Part shown: in pieces, positions 54,236 through 64,000 of the stretch
Numbering within the stretch: the stretch's first letter is position 1
Layout: each line of letters starts with the position of its first letter
Source: Phoronis australis
Lineage: Eukaryota > Animalia > Phoronida
Length of the DNA: 64,000 bases
Assembly (NCBI GenBank): GCA_002633005.1
Contig: NMRA01000374.1
Coordinates: 62,001-126,000 of the forward strand
Reading direction: 5' to 3'
Position numbers and translations under genes: made by a program
Notes under the pieces: generated by a model
Told to the model about the DNA's origin: nothing
What the model saw: the letters and a program-made list of their open reading frames with translations, nothing else
Databases searched by the model: none

Positions 54236-54845
54236 ATTTTTATGCGCCCGTCCGGCGCCCGTCCGGCCTCCGTCCGGCCTCCGTCCGGCAACCGGCGTCC
54301 GCTGCTCTATCTCCAAAACCGATTGACTAGGGGGCACAGAAGTAGTCAGATCTGTCCGAAAGTCGTCGTCATACGTAGTCAACATCATGTAAATACACTT
54401 GCTGAATTAAACAAGGATCCTACGAACGGTTTAAGAGATACAGCCATAGGCGCAACAAAACTGCCACTAGGAGGCGCCACAGTAGTAGAAATCGTCGCAA
54501 AATCATCGTCAACTGTCCTCTTTATAGTAAGCACATACATGCCAATTTTCACAATAATCCTTTGAGCGGTTTGATTGATAGTGGGGTGGACGCAAAAAAC
54601 AGACTCGAAAACAGTAAAAATGGCCACTAGGTGGCGCAAAGTACGTCAAATCCATCCGAAAGCGGGAGGATAGCGTCATTTGACGAATAGGTGCCTACAA
54701 ACCAAATTTCATGAAAATCCGTTAGGATTTTTGAAGATACAAAGGCAAACGTAAAAAACTAAAATTGCCACTAGGGGGCACATCGGTAGTCGGATCCACA
54801 TATAAATATGTGGGCGCATAAAAATGAAGTAGTTTGCTCAAGGAA
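54236..54845 (+). mobile_element. Helentron-associated (HINE/DINE-1-like) element
   Basis: Subterminal inverted motif tttttatgcgccc / gggcgcataaaaa, a ccgtccgg microsatellite after the 5' end, and gccactag(g/t)ggc core repeats; inserted in a T run. Confidence 0.7.
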
Positions 54846-56343
54846 CCTCACCAATTAGAAACATCGCCGACTTTAGGCATCAATGTCGATTGATAACGCG
54901 GATACTAACCAAGACAATCGTGTCAGGTAAAGCACCCTTCGAACCCAACACATTGAACAGCAGCGTAGATCTGTGATAGGGCGCTATCGATTCACTCACG
55001 GCGAACCAAGTATTTTCACCTATGAAAAACGCCATACAACAGCTACGTTTCGTACTAAATCTGACAACAAATAATTAACCTAACTCTGTGGTAGAAAAAC
55101 TTATTTAACTTCCATGTAAGATGATTATTCACTGACAATATCCCCAACAATAAATCACTGCGGAACTGGTCGGTCCCATTGCTTGCGAACGTGACTTAGA
55201 AGTGTCGTCAATTAACGGTGTGTGTGATCGTACGTCTCGTTTTAATCTCAAAAACAAATGTGAAGATGACATGAATTAGCTATTACTTTCCAAACGACAT
55301 TCATGTCTTGTGTTGCAGCAGAGTAATCACAAGTCGGCAAGAAATTCTCAAGTTCTCGTTTCTGGGACAGCGCGCGCGACATATGTACAGTGTATGTGTC
55401 GTCTGTCACTCACCTGTTGCTGCCAAAGTATTCGAGATACGCCCTCGTTTAAATCGGCTTACATACCGCGTATCTCGAGATAATAACGCAGAGGTATCAT
55501 CATGTACGTTATATAACAAATACAACAATTTATAACAGACTCAGTAGATATTAAGGTGAGATAATCATCTCAATTACGTTCCTGTCGCTGGAAGACTATA
55601 TTGAAACAATGAATGCTAGGCTTATGCAAAGAAATGATCTCTTGAATGAAATCGAAGGGCGGTTTACAAGCATAGCAGTTGACTGAGCATTTTCAGAAAT
55701 GCCGAGCTTGGCAGGCAGCCGAGTGGGTTTGCATTCCTCTCCCTGTCCTCTGCTTACTGTTATTTGATTTCAAGCGTAAATTTAAAATTGTCGTTGAGTG
55801 AAGTTTCTCATTTCCTGTCTAATTTTAATTAGTCGGTTAAAACCTCTTGAGATTCGTCGTTAAATATAAAAAATAATCCGAATGATCGCTATTGGTCCGA
55901 CGGCGGCATAATTATACAAAACTCGGCTTCCTACTTGAAATAGCAAAATCCGCTTTAAAAACCTGATAACATGATGATAATTATACATGCTAGCCTACGC
56001 ATTTTTGGTGGATCAACTATTACTAGGACACCATGTTGCTGGACATCAAACTTGAACTCTAAAATTACATGCCGGCAAACTGAGCTCACGAGTTAGTGAA
56101 CATCTGAAGGTCATGCGGCTCAACACCCAGGGAAGTTGAAGGTCAATGTATGGTATCGCAGATTTTTGCGAAAATGAACGCAAAAGAAAACAAATTCACG
56201 TAAGAAAACCGAACTACTTTGATTGAAAAGTCTCTGCTGAAGTGTTGTTTGAGATAAATTTGTGTGCTTCTTTTTAACTCTGCGCATTTTCTCATTGTAT
56301 TCTCACCGATTATGTCATTTTAATATCACCTGTTACGTTACAG

Positions 56344-56484
56344 GTTTTCCAAGGAAACTTCGATACTGACACCATAAAGGTGAACACCATTTCGCCTCCG
56401 ATCGAAACTAAACACATTATAATTTATCCTTACACCTGGCATGGTTCGATCGCCCTGAGAGCTGATGTCCTGGGTTGCTTGTAG
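56344..56484 (+). CDS. Discoidin / F5-8 type C (FA58C) domain C-terminal exon; orphan, possibly pseudogenic
   Basis: gttacag|VFQGNFDTDTIKVNTISPPIETKHIIIYPYTWHGSIALRADVLGCL*, the classic FA58C terminal motif with its conserved phase-0 intron. Too short for the ORF track. Confidence 0.75.
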   Translation, partial: VFQGNFDTDTIKVNTISPPIETKHIIIYPYTWHGSIALRADVLGCL

Positions 56485-59400
56485 GAGAGCACGACGTTTT
56501 TGAAGCATCCATGGAAACTTAAAAAAATGCATGTTCATGCGTGTATTTTGCGAATTAATTGGCCAAACCCACTCGCTGATCAACTGCCGACCTCACCACG
56601 ACGACTGATGTGACTACCCGATTGCCAACCAACGTTTAATTGTCAAATTTACCCATAATTTATATTTTTAGTTGTTGTTAGATAATCTTTTCCGCAGAAG
56701 CAAGAGAATGATTTGGCTTAGTCACATTGTTACAACAAAAATGAAGTAATAAAAAGGAAAAAAAATTTGGTCACTAATTATTTGTTTTGCTTCATTAAAC
56801 CTGCATTTCGTTTATTTCATTGACAAGAGTGATAAGTCTCAGGCACCGTAACTATAGTCCTGGATACATTAACGAGTATCCTCGCTTATCCTTCGACATG
56901 TCTCCTAGACAATGAAAACAAGCAACATAAGCATACACGTAGTCATATCATTAGAAAGTTTTTCGACATTTCTTGATGGTGTATGATAATAGCAAAAGCA
57001 AAAGCAATCGATCCACAATTTAATTTGTAAATAAACATCATTAAGCATATCTGACAGGTTTAATAAATATTTTGTTATCGAAACGCGAAAAATAACACGG
57101 TGTAGAAGTAACATAAAAAGGAAATGCACCAGAGAGGTTATATCAATTACTAATTAAACCAAAGGGGAAATAATTTCAATGATTCAAAAGATTCCTACCA
57201 TATGAAAACCATGATTTTAGAATATGGATCCCTCACAGATGACAAAGAGACAAATGAACAGCTGTTCCATAATTGCCAAAATTCGAGAATGAAAAAACGG
57301 GACAACTGGATTGAAAATCAGGACTTCGGAATACAAAGCGGAGCATCTGGGTCTATGTCAAAACGTCATGGTGAAATCTTCGCCACAGTGCACAAAAACG
57401 TCCCGAGAGCGTTTTTGTGGTACGGGAGAGGTTTCACCCAAAAGCGTCCGACGAAGGTTTTTTGTTTTTCAGTCGAATAGGCAATGCAGGTACCTCAAAA
57501 TTGCGGGTGCCTCAAATACCCATGAAAAGTCCCTTTATTTTCTTTTGAGTTGAACGGGAAAGTAGGGGTATATCACGTGCGAAATTACAATAGTGCATAT
57601 GATAATTTGTCAAATTCGCCATTGCGTGGTGTGGCAGAAGTGCGAAAAACTCAAAAAGCGGGACAGTCCGCGAAGAGCGGTACATTCGGCAAGTATAACG
57701 TCAGTGACACAAAGTATTGGAGTGGATTTTTAAAGGTAAGCTGTTCATTTTGAAAACAGTAAGAACTGATGCAAACGCAAACATACACATTTAGTTACGC
57801 ACCCACGAGTAGATTTTCGAACGTTACTTAAACACACCTGTTAGTTGGGCCTAAACTTTTCATTATTCTGCGCGTGTAAGTGCAGAGTACTGTTCTTCCT
57901 GGGTTTTCTTCAATTTTGCTCTTATAACTCTGCTCGTGTTTGCGCATAGTATTAGTGTTCTACGTGTTTTGTCTTCTTGTTATTACCCTGCTCGTGTTGG
58001 TGCAGAGTTTTACTGTTCTAGATATACTATTGCTTATTCGACGCATACTTTCAATTAGTTCATACAGTCCAATCGTGTCTGTGCTCTCAAATCTCACGAT
58101 GGCGGAAGACCTTTTACATGCGCACAAGGCTTGTGTAAGATGCTTCACGTTTGTTTGCTCCGGGTGGCTCATGGTCACGTGTATAATCATGGCTGAATAC
58201 ACTGAATGTAATTTGCATGTGACCTGACCCTCATTTGAGTATGAACTGTTGTGTGCTGACTCGATTTACTCACATTGTGGCAATGCATATTTGGCGTCAG
58301 TGGGGAGAGCCAGGAAGCGGCAGCAATGAGGTATTTTTCATGGTATTTTCGTATTTGGTATTTCCGAATTTGCATTTTGTCTGAATCTGTGAGGTTTGCT
58401 ATGCGTTTCTCAATAAAGCACTCTTAAAAGATATTAACTCCTCTTGTGACTTGCCAACACTAACACTTTTCATTTTTTAGAATTCATGACTATCGGTAAA
58501 TAGTACAGATAACAGTAGGCCTACTTCTCAGAAATGGAATTAACAAAGAATGGCATTTGGGCAACAGGTAAACATTTCACAAATGAAATAATATCGAAAC
58601 AATTGAAAACTGTAATGTCACCAGGCATTTAGTATGATATAGGCTGTAGAAAGTGGCTCTACGACCCGAGATGAAAAGATATCAGAGGCCAAACTGCTCC
58701 CGACATCCACCCAGGGCCACAGGGTGGTGCTTAAAAACAATGATAAGAGTCTGATTTGTTGGCTAATTTTGCCGTTGGTTGTATGGAATCGTACCTCAAA
58801 AGTCTCGCTTAATTGTTGAACAAATAATAACAATATGAAAACGAAGCAATGAAATTAGGCTTCAATCGATTCGATAATAACAAAACTTGATCAGAACCTG
58901 GGAGTAATATACATAGGGAGTTTTGATATTGGTCCTAGTCAGAACTCAGTCTATCAGGCAGCCGCAAATTCTCAGTGCAAACCCTCGCGGCTAGTTTCGG
59001 GGTCGCATACGCTCTTTCACGGTGCTACGAAACTTTTCAGTATAGGTGGCGCTGTGTCAGAGGATAGGGGTGGCAAGCTCTAATAAAATAATTCATAGGT
59101 CACGTGCAGGAGTTGGCATTCCAGCGCTAGAGTTCTATGATTAACAAAGTTTGTGCTTCGTTCAAGCAAACAGAAATTCGGATACGTACTTTCAACGCAC
59201 TAATGGGGATGTTTTGTAAACAGCTCGTTAGAAAGTGTACCAGAGAGACTCCGGAACTGCACCCCAATTAAAAGTGAACCACTTCGCGGACGACGCATTA
59301 CACGAATAAGGGGAACTTATTTACCGTACTTGTAATAACCAGTAAAGAATGACAGTAGACTACCACCCTAAGATAATATGCGAATTCATAAATGACACCC

Positions 59401-60077
59401 CATTAAAGATCAAAATCAGGTGCAGGTAAAACAAGTGTCGACTGCAGTAGACTAGGGGAGGGGGGGGGGTTACATTCACATTTGTCGTTAGTCGGCCACT
59501 TTCTATTACGAGGCCTCCGTCGGCATACCTGTTAATGGTTAATACACTTTTGAGTTGTATGCATGGGGGCATGTGACAACATGGTTGAATTCAGTCAGGA
59601 TCTTTAATTTTAAGTAATGGGTAGGTCGAGTTCCTGGCCGGAATCCCACGCGTACATAATCGGTGATCGCGTAGTCTACGGGCATGAAAACAATTCTCTC
59701 CTGGCGTACGTGATAAGTTTTCTGACGCAATAAATCCTGGTTGCCAATTGTTTTTGATTCTACAGAGATTTCAATTTCTGAATAGAAAATGTGTGTTCTG
59801 GATTTTTCCGCTTCAGCTAGTGCACAGCACGGTGTTTTTACTATCCTGTGGAGGCTCCACTGCAACGAACCACTTCTGGTATAATCTTCCGTAAATGACG
59901 TTCGTATTTTGCACATTTCTTCGGGGTAACAGTTTTCCAAGAGCTACATATTCATTGGACAACTTTCTGTTTGGTATTCGGTTTTATTTTCTTTCTCAGG
60001 TAGTCCTTGAGCTCATGCTCTGAATGTTTCGAAAACGCAACTCTTTCTTTACGCAGATAAGTTTTCTGCCCGTGGGC

Positions 60078-60940
60078 TATGGCGTGTTATGTGTTGCAAA
60101 ATTCAATGTTCAAAAAAATTAGGTTTGATGTAATTATATGTATTGGATATCTTATATTTATGTTTGATCTTCTTATATTTATATTTGATCTTATATTCAA
60201 TGTTATGTACATTTATGTTTCATAAGATTATATGTATTCAATGTCCATTGCTATTGTATTCAATGTTTTGAAAATTTCTGTTCGATGTTTTCCGGTTACA
60301 TTCGATAATGGAACTCTGGGTAAATTGAAACGACGGCTGCGATTGGTCAGCTGTGTTGAGACGTTATTTACCCGAGCGTCCTCCTTCGGCATAGAGAGAC
60401 GATTGTTGTTTGCCTTGGAGACTGCAGACGTTGGCTGTCCCGGCCCATATGGCGGTGATCGGGCCAATGAGGTCGCAACATGAATATTCAGCGGCCCTTC
60501 TACGGCCGATACAAGGGAAAATAGGCATCTATCTGTTGCATAGCATCACTAACCACCTCTGAATTGCCTGAACTGAATTCGTGTTCACAAATATCAATGA
60601 AATGGGCTAAATTGTCGAAAAAATGAGGAAGCAACTCTTCTTCGGTAGCCGCCATTTATTTAATTCCAGGAACCAATCAGGGACGTCGTTTCATAATACC
60701 CATAATTCCGTTATTGAACGTATCAAAAGAAACATCGAACACATAAAACGAAACATCGAACATATAAAATGAAACATCGAACATATTTACTAAGTTATCG
60801 CACATAAGCATTTTCATTATGGAATACAAATATTTTGACATCAAATGTACATCAAATATAAATGTAAGGTATCGAATACACATAATTACATTAAACCTAA
60901 TTTTTTGAACATTGAATTTCGCAACACATAACACGCCATA
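60078..60940. mobile_element. IS3EU-like non-autonomous DNA transposon with long TIRs
   Basis: Termini tatggcgtgttatgtgttgc / gcaacacataacacgccata, inverted similarity over roughly 200 bp, and an exact 6-bp TSD gtgggc (60072-60077, 60941-60946). TAY termini with a 6-bp TSD fit IS3EU. Confidence 0.8.
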
Positions 60941-61047
60941 GTGGGCACCGACTCGCTGAATTCATCAACTAAACATTTATTTTTGAAATTGCCCTCAAAC
61001 ATGTACTTTTTTAAAACACCTGTTCACGAAAACAACAACGGATTTAA

Positions 61048-61095
61048 AACTTGACATGTTTCGGTGTCATTTATTAAACACCATCCTCAGAAGTC
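61048..61095 (-). ncRNA. Minimal type I hammerhead ribozyme (Penelope/retrozyme type)
   Basis: Minus strand: gactt CTGAGGA t GGTGT ttaataaatg ACACC GAAA catg TC^aagtt. Stem I gactt/aagtt, stem II GGTGT/ACACC, palindromic stem III ACATGT. Confidence 0.72.
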
Positions 61096-61902
61096 ATAAT
61101 ACAGTGGCCACCTAGCTAGGCCCAGCAACAAGTAATGAAGCACAGATACAGTCAGTTACAGGGAGTGACAATGAACTATACCAACAATGACAACCTGTGG
61201 TGTTCACGAAAACAACAACGGATTTAAAACATCGTGTTGACCATAGTCGTCAGTGTAGAAAAGCGAAATTAACAAATTTGTACACACTGCTCAAAGTACT
61301 TTTGTGGACATACGGAAACGCCAACGTCTCTGTCTTACAACGCTGCGTGTGCTTGGCATTTCTGATAAAACGCTCTCATGCTGGAAACTTTTTTAAGACT
61401 GAGCACCGCTTCAAAAATTGTATTTTTCTTACAGCTGAGCACAGAAGAATTATTCTGCGATTTTAAGACTGAAACGGAAGCAAATCTCGAGTGGTGACTC
61501 ATTAGAATGTGCAAAACTCGGGGAGGAGGGGGGGNGCGATACAAGCATGATTTTTTTATTTTCGTGCCGAACATTTAGTTGCCACTTCTCATTCAGCGTC
61601 ACTTACAACCTAAGGTGACCAGATCATAGTTACGCTATAAATCACCAGACGCTTTGCTTCTCAAAAGTGCACTTTGACGTATTTTCTGTCATTTTTTGCC
61701 ATCGCAATAGCTTTACCAAAGATTCACGCACATATGCCGCGTAGAGACTAATACCTCTTAACCACGTATTCACATCTTCCCGTTCACAACTGTTTTATTT
61801 TACATAACTTGTACATACCACAATATTAGCCTCGAGTGACAGATACAACCGTGTAATAACCCATAAAGTTATCTCACTAGTGAGATAACATTTTGGCGGG
61901 AA

Positions 61903-61971
61903 ACCGAAGCCGGATTCGAACCCGGGCCTCAAGAGTTTGGAGTCGCCGACTTTACCACTGCACCACTCAGC
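61903..61971 (-). pseudogene. tRNA-like sequence (Trp-like loop) embedded in an element end
   Basis: A box TGGTGCAGTGG, B box GGTTCGAATCC, gactccaa anticodon-like loop. The stems pair poorly, so it is not a functional tRNA. Confidence 0.55.
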
Positions 61972-61990
61972 GACTGACGTCATCGAACGT

Positions 61991-62060
61991 GCGATAATTC
62001 TTCAAAATCCACTCGGGCTCTAGATAACTGGGCATAACGACTTCGCCATGTAGTAATCTA
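61991..62060. repeat. 70-bp copy of the hairpin arm at 40318-40387 (Crypton-like end)
   Basis: 6 mismatches in 70 nt against 40318-40387; inverted relative to 40230-40295. Confidence 0.85.
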
Positions 62061-62430
62061 TTTATGTTGTTGACAGAAAATATTTATTTTTGGAACAACT
62101 TGAACGACCAACTGGTAGCGGACTACGTGTACATGTAACTAGCCCAGATTTTAACGTCACCGATACATGAAAACGGAATGCGCAAAGCTACAATTGGCTG
62201 TAGCCTCAACAGTGGTCTTTCCGTGTTTGATGTCACCGTCTTAGTTCGTGGAAATCGTAACCATAGCATGATTTCGAAGTTAGAGCCATCGAAGTCCGTG
62301 GGTTTAGGGCATACTGGACCGTGAATTTCGCGTCTGTACTGCAAGGGTCAATATTATGAAAATAAAATCCCCGGAGGGGTAGCTCTTTGGGATGTAACAA
62401 CTCACTCACTAATCCATCATCATGGGTGCT

Positions 62431-62490
62431 GGTCGGCTGACGGCCGGTCGGCTGAAGGGTCGGCTGAAGGGTCGGCTGAAGGGTCGGCTG
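62431..62490. repeat. 12-bp minisatellite (ggtcggctgaag) inside a small GC-rich element
   Basis: About four tandem units plus variants. The flank acaaaaattcgtga is shared with ~34700. Confidence 0.7.
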
Positions 62491-64000
62491 GGGAGCCGCC
62501 TTATGAGTCGGCACTGCGGGTGGCTGCCGGTCCGCTAATTTTTAGCCGACCGGTCGGCTAATTTGCTGACCGGTCGACGGCCAGTCGTCGACCAATTTCC
62601 GACCGGGCGGACAAAAATTCGTGATGTGTGCTGTACGCTACCGAATAAGGCAATGTCTACCCACCAAATAAATCAGAGACCGACTGTTACCGAACGTCTC
62701 CCGCGAACCTCGGCGAAAAAATCCTGAAAGCCAACAACACGGGCCGGTCTATACTAGCAAAGTGGCCGAGATCAAAATGATTAAGAAGGTGATTTTATAG
62801 TGGTTTTTAACGTCATTAGACTACTTGTGTCTGCAGAAAACCATTTTCAAGAAATTACCTGAGCTAGCAAACCCGAGAACACTCCTTGGCGCAGTCCGAC
62901 GCCGTATATACTGGCGTTGGTAAAATGAGGTTGGGTGCCTGGGAATTTCCTGTAAAACGGTCAAGCGGTCTACAATGATGATTTCTGCTGCCAACAGGAT
63001 CGAATTTTCTCGGTGTCTACTTGCAGCTAAGTTCATTGAAGCATTCTCATTTCTACAAGATTAGCTTCTAATTGTCAAAATATCATCCGTCAATCAGTCC
63101 CCTTTCATAGATACATAAACATGTAAATCAGAAACCAACAATCAAATCCACGTTTACCTTGATTTAATGGCTTCATCTCTTTTGATCCCCTGTTGGTGAG
63201 TTTGAACAACAAAACTTGTTCCGGAGTCAAAAAGCAACGTGTTTATTGACATTTGAATTGTGAGTAAATTTTTGGGAAGTATTCAAATTTCATCAATGTC
63301 TTTATTATAGATAGGCAAAAAGCGTCTAGGTGCACTTTAGTATTTGAGAATCTGGTTATAGACTTTTTCCATATCCAGGCTTCAACTAAATCCCCTGAAT
63401 ATCCGTCGTTTCTTAAAAGATTAGCTTCTAATTGCCAAAAATCATCTATTAACTTGTCGGTTTTCGTAGATACATAAGCATGTAAATCAGAAACCAACGA
63501 ATTCATTAATCAAAACGGAAATCAATGTTGTAAGCAATGTTCGCAGCCATGTCCTCAGATTTTTGGGAGATTGGGCATTCATGGTAAGGTGTATTTTTGC
63601 TCATTTCCTAGGTACCTATAACAGTTCACGTGTTTAACTTGAACTCCCCAAAAATCTTAAATGTTTGTTTATTATTGGGAGTATTATTGTGAGTACACTC
63701 GTTCACCTATACAGCAGTGTTTTCTACATGTGGGAATTCCTTACACACAACTCATAGTAACCACTTTCAAAAGAGATACTATTGTTGTGATACTATGGGA
63801 AATAGTAAAATTATTTTATAATTACATTATTTTTGGCCATAGTACGATTAGAAAACGGACAATCTTTTTTCTCATTTCACCGCATGGATGTGGCTTGAAT
63901 GGTAATCGACACTTGCAGCCGATTTCATAAAGGTGGTTTAACAAAACCGGATTTAAGACTTAAACCTGGTCTAACCTAAATATGGTCTAATTTTAGACCT

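Noticed and set aside
61903-61971. Functional tRNA-Trp gene
   Set aside because: The acceptor and anticodon stems do not pair properly; only the promoter boxes are retained.
40388-61990. Tyrosine recombinase gene expected for an autonomous Crypton
   Set aside because: No R...HxxR...H/W...Y motif set was found in any listed ORF; the gap is too short to hide a complete one if its size is real.

Overview
Eukaryotic (animal) genomic DNA, AT-rich and repeat-dense. The repeat repertoire looks like a marine invertebrate/lophotrochozoan; this is an inference. There are three clear spliced host genes. On + are the last four coding exons of an sFRP3/4 (FRZB)-like Wnt antagonist (8943-18224; the CRD exon lies upstream of the window). 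On - are two tandem, complete three-exon DUSP3/VHR-like phosphatases (21572-23686 and 32699-35425). The rest is mostly transposable-element material: TTAA-flanked Kolobok-type elements, PIF-like MITEs, Helentron-associated (HINE-like) elements, an IS3EU-like element with a 6-bp TSD, and decayed pogo/DDE_1, PF20700-type, SWIM/YqaJ and SGNH fragments. The most unusual region is 40.2-62.1 kb. It is bounded by a 154-bp hairpin and a 70-bp copy of one hairpin arm (Crypton-like end structure). Inside is a recently broken, intron-containing giant transposase gene (~1,900+ codons: C2H2 - Ulp1/C48 protease - Cys-rich - MULE DDE - SWIM - C2H2 - PHD), bracketed by a ~435-bp direct repeat and followed by a complex satellite. 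Also inside are discoidin (FA58C) exon remnants, a minimal hammerhead ribozyme in a 180-nt retrozyme-like unit, and a tRNA-like box next to the right end. All calls were made by eye from motifs; no database searches were run.
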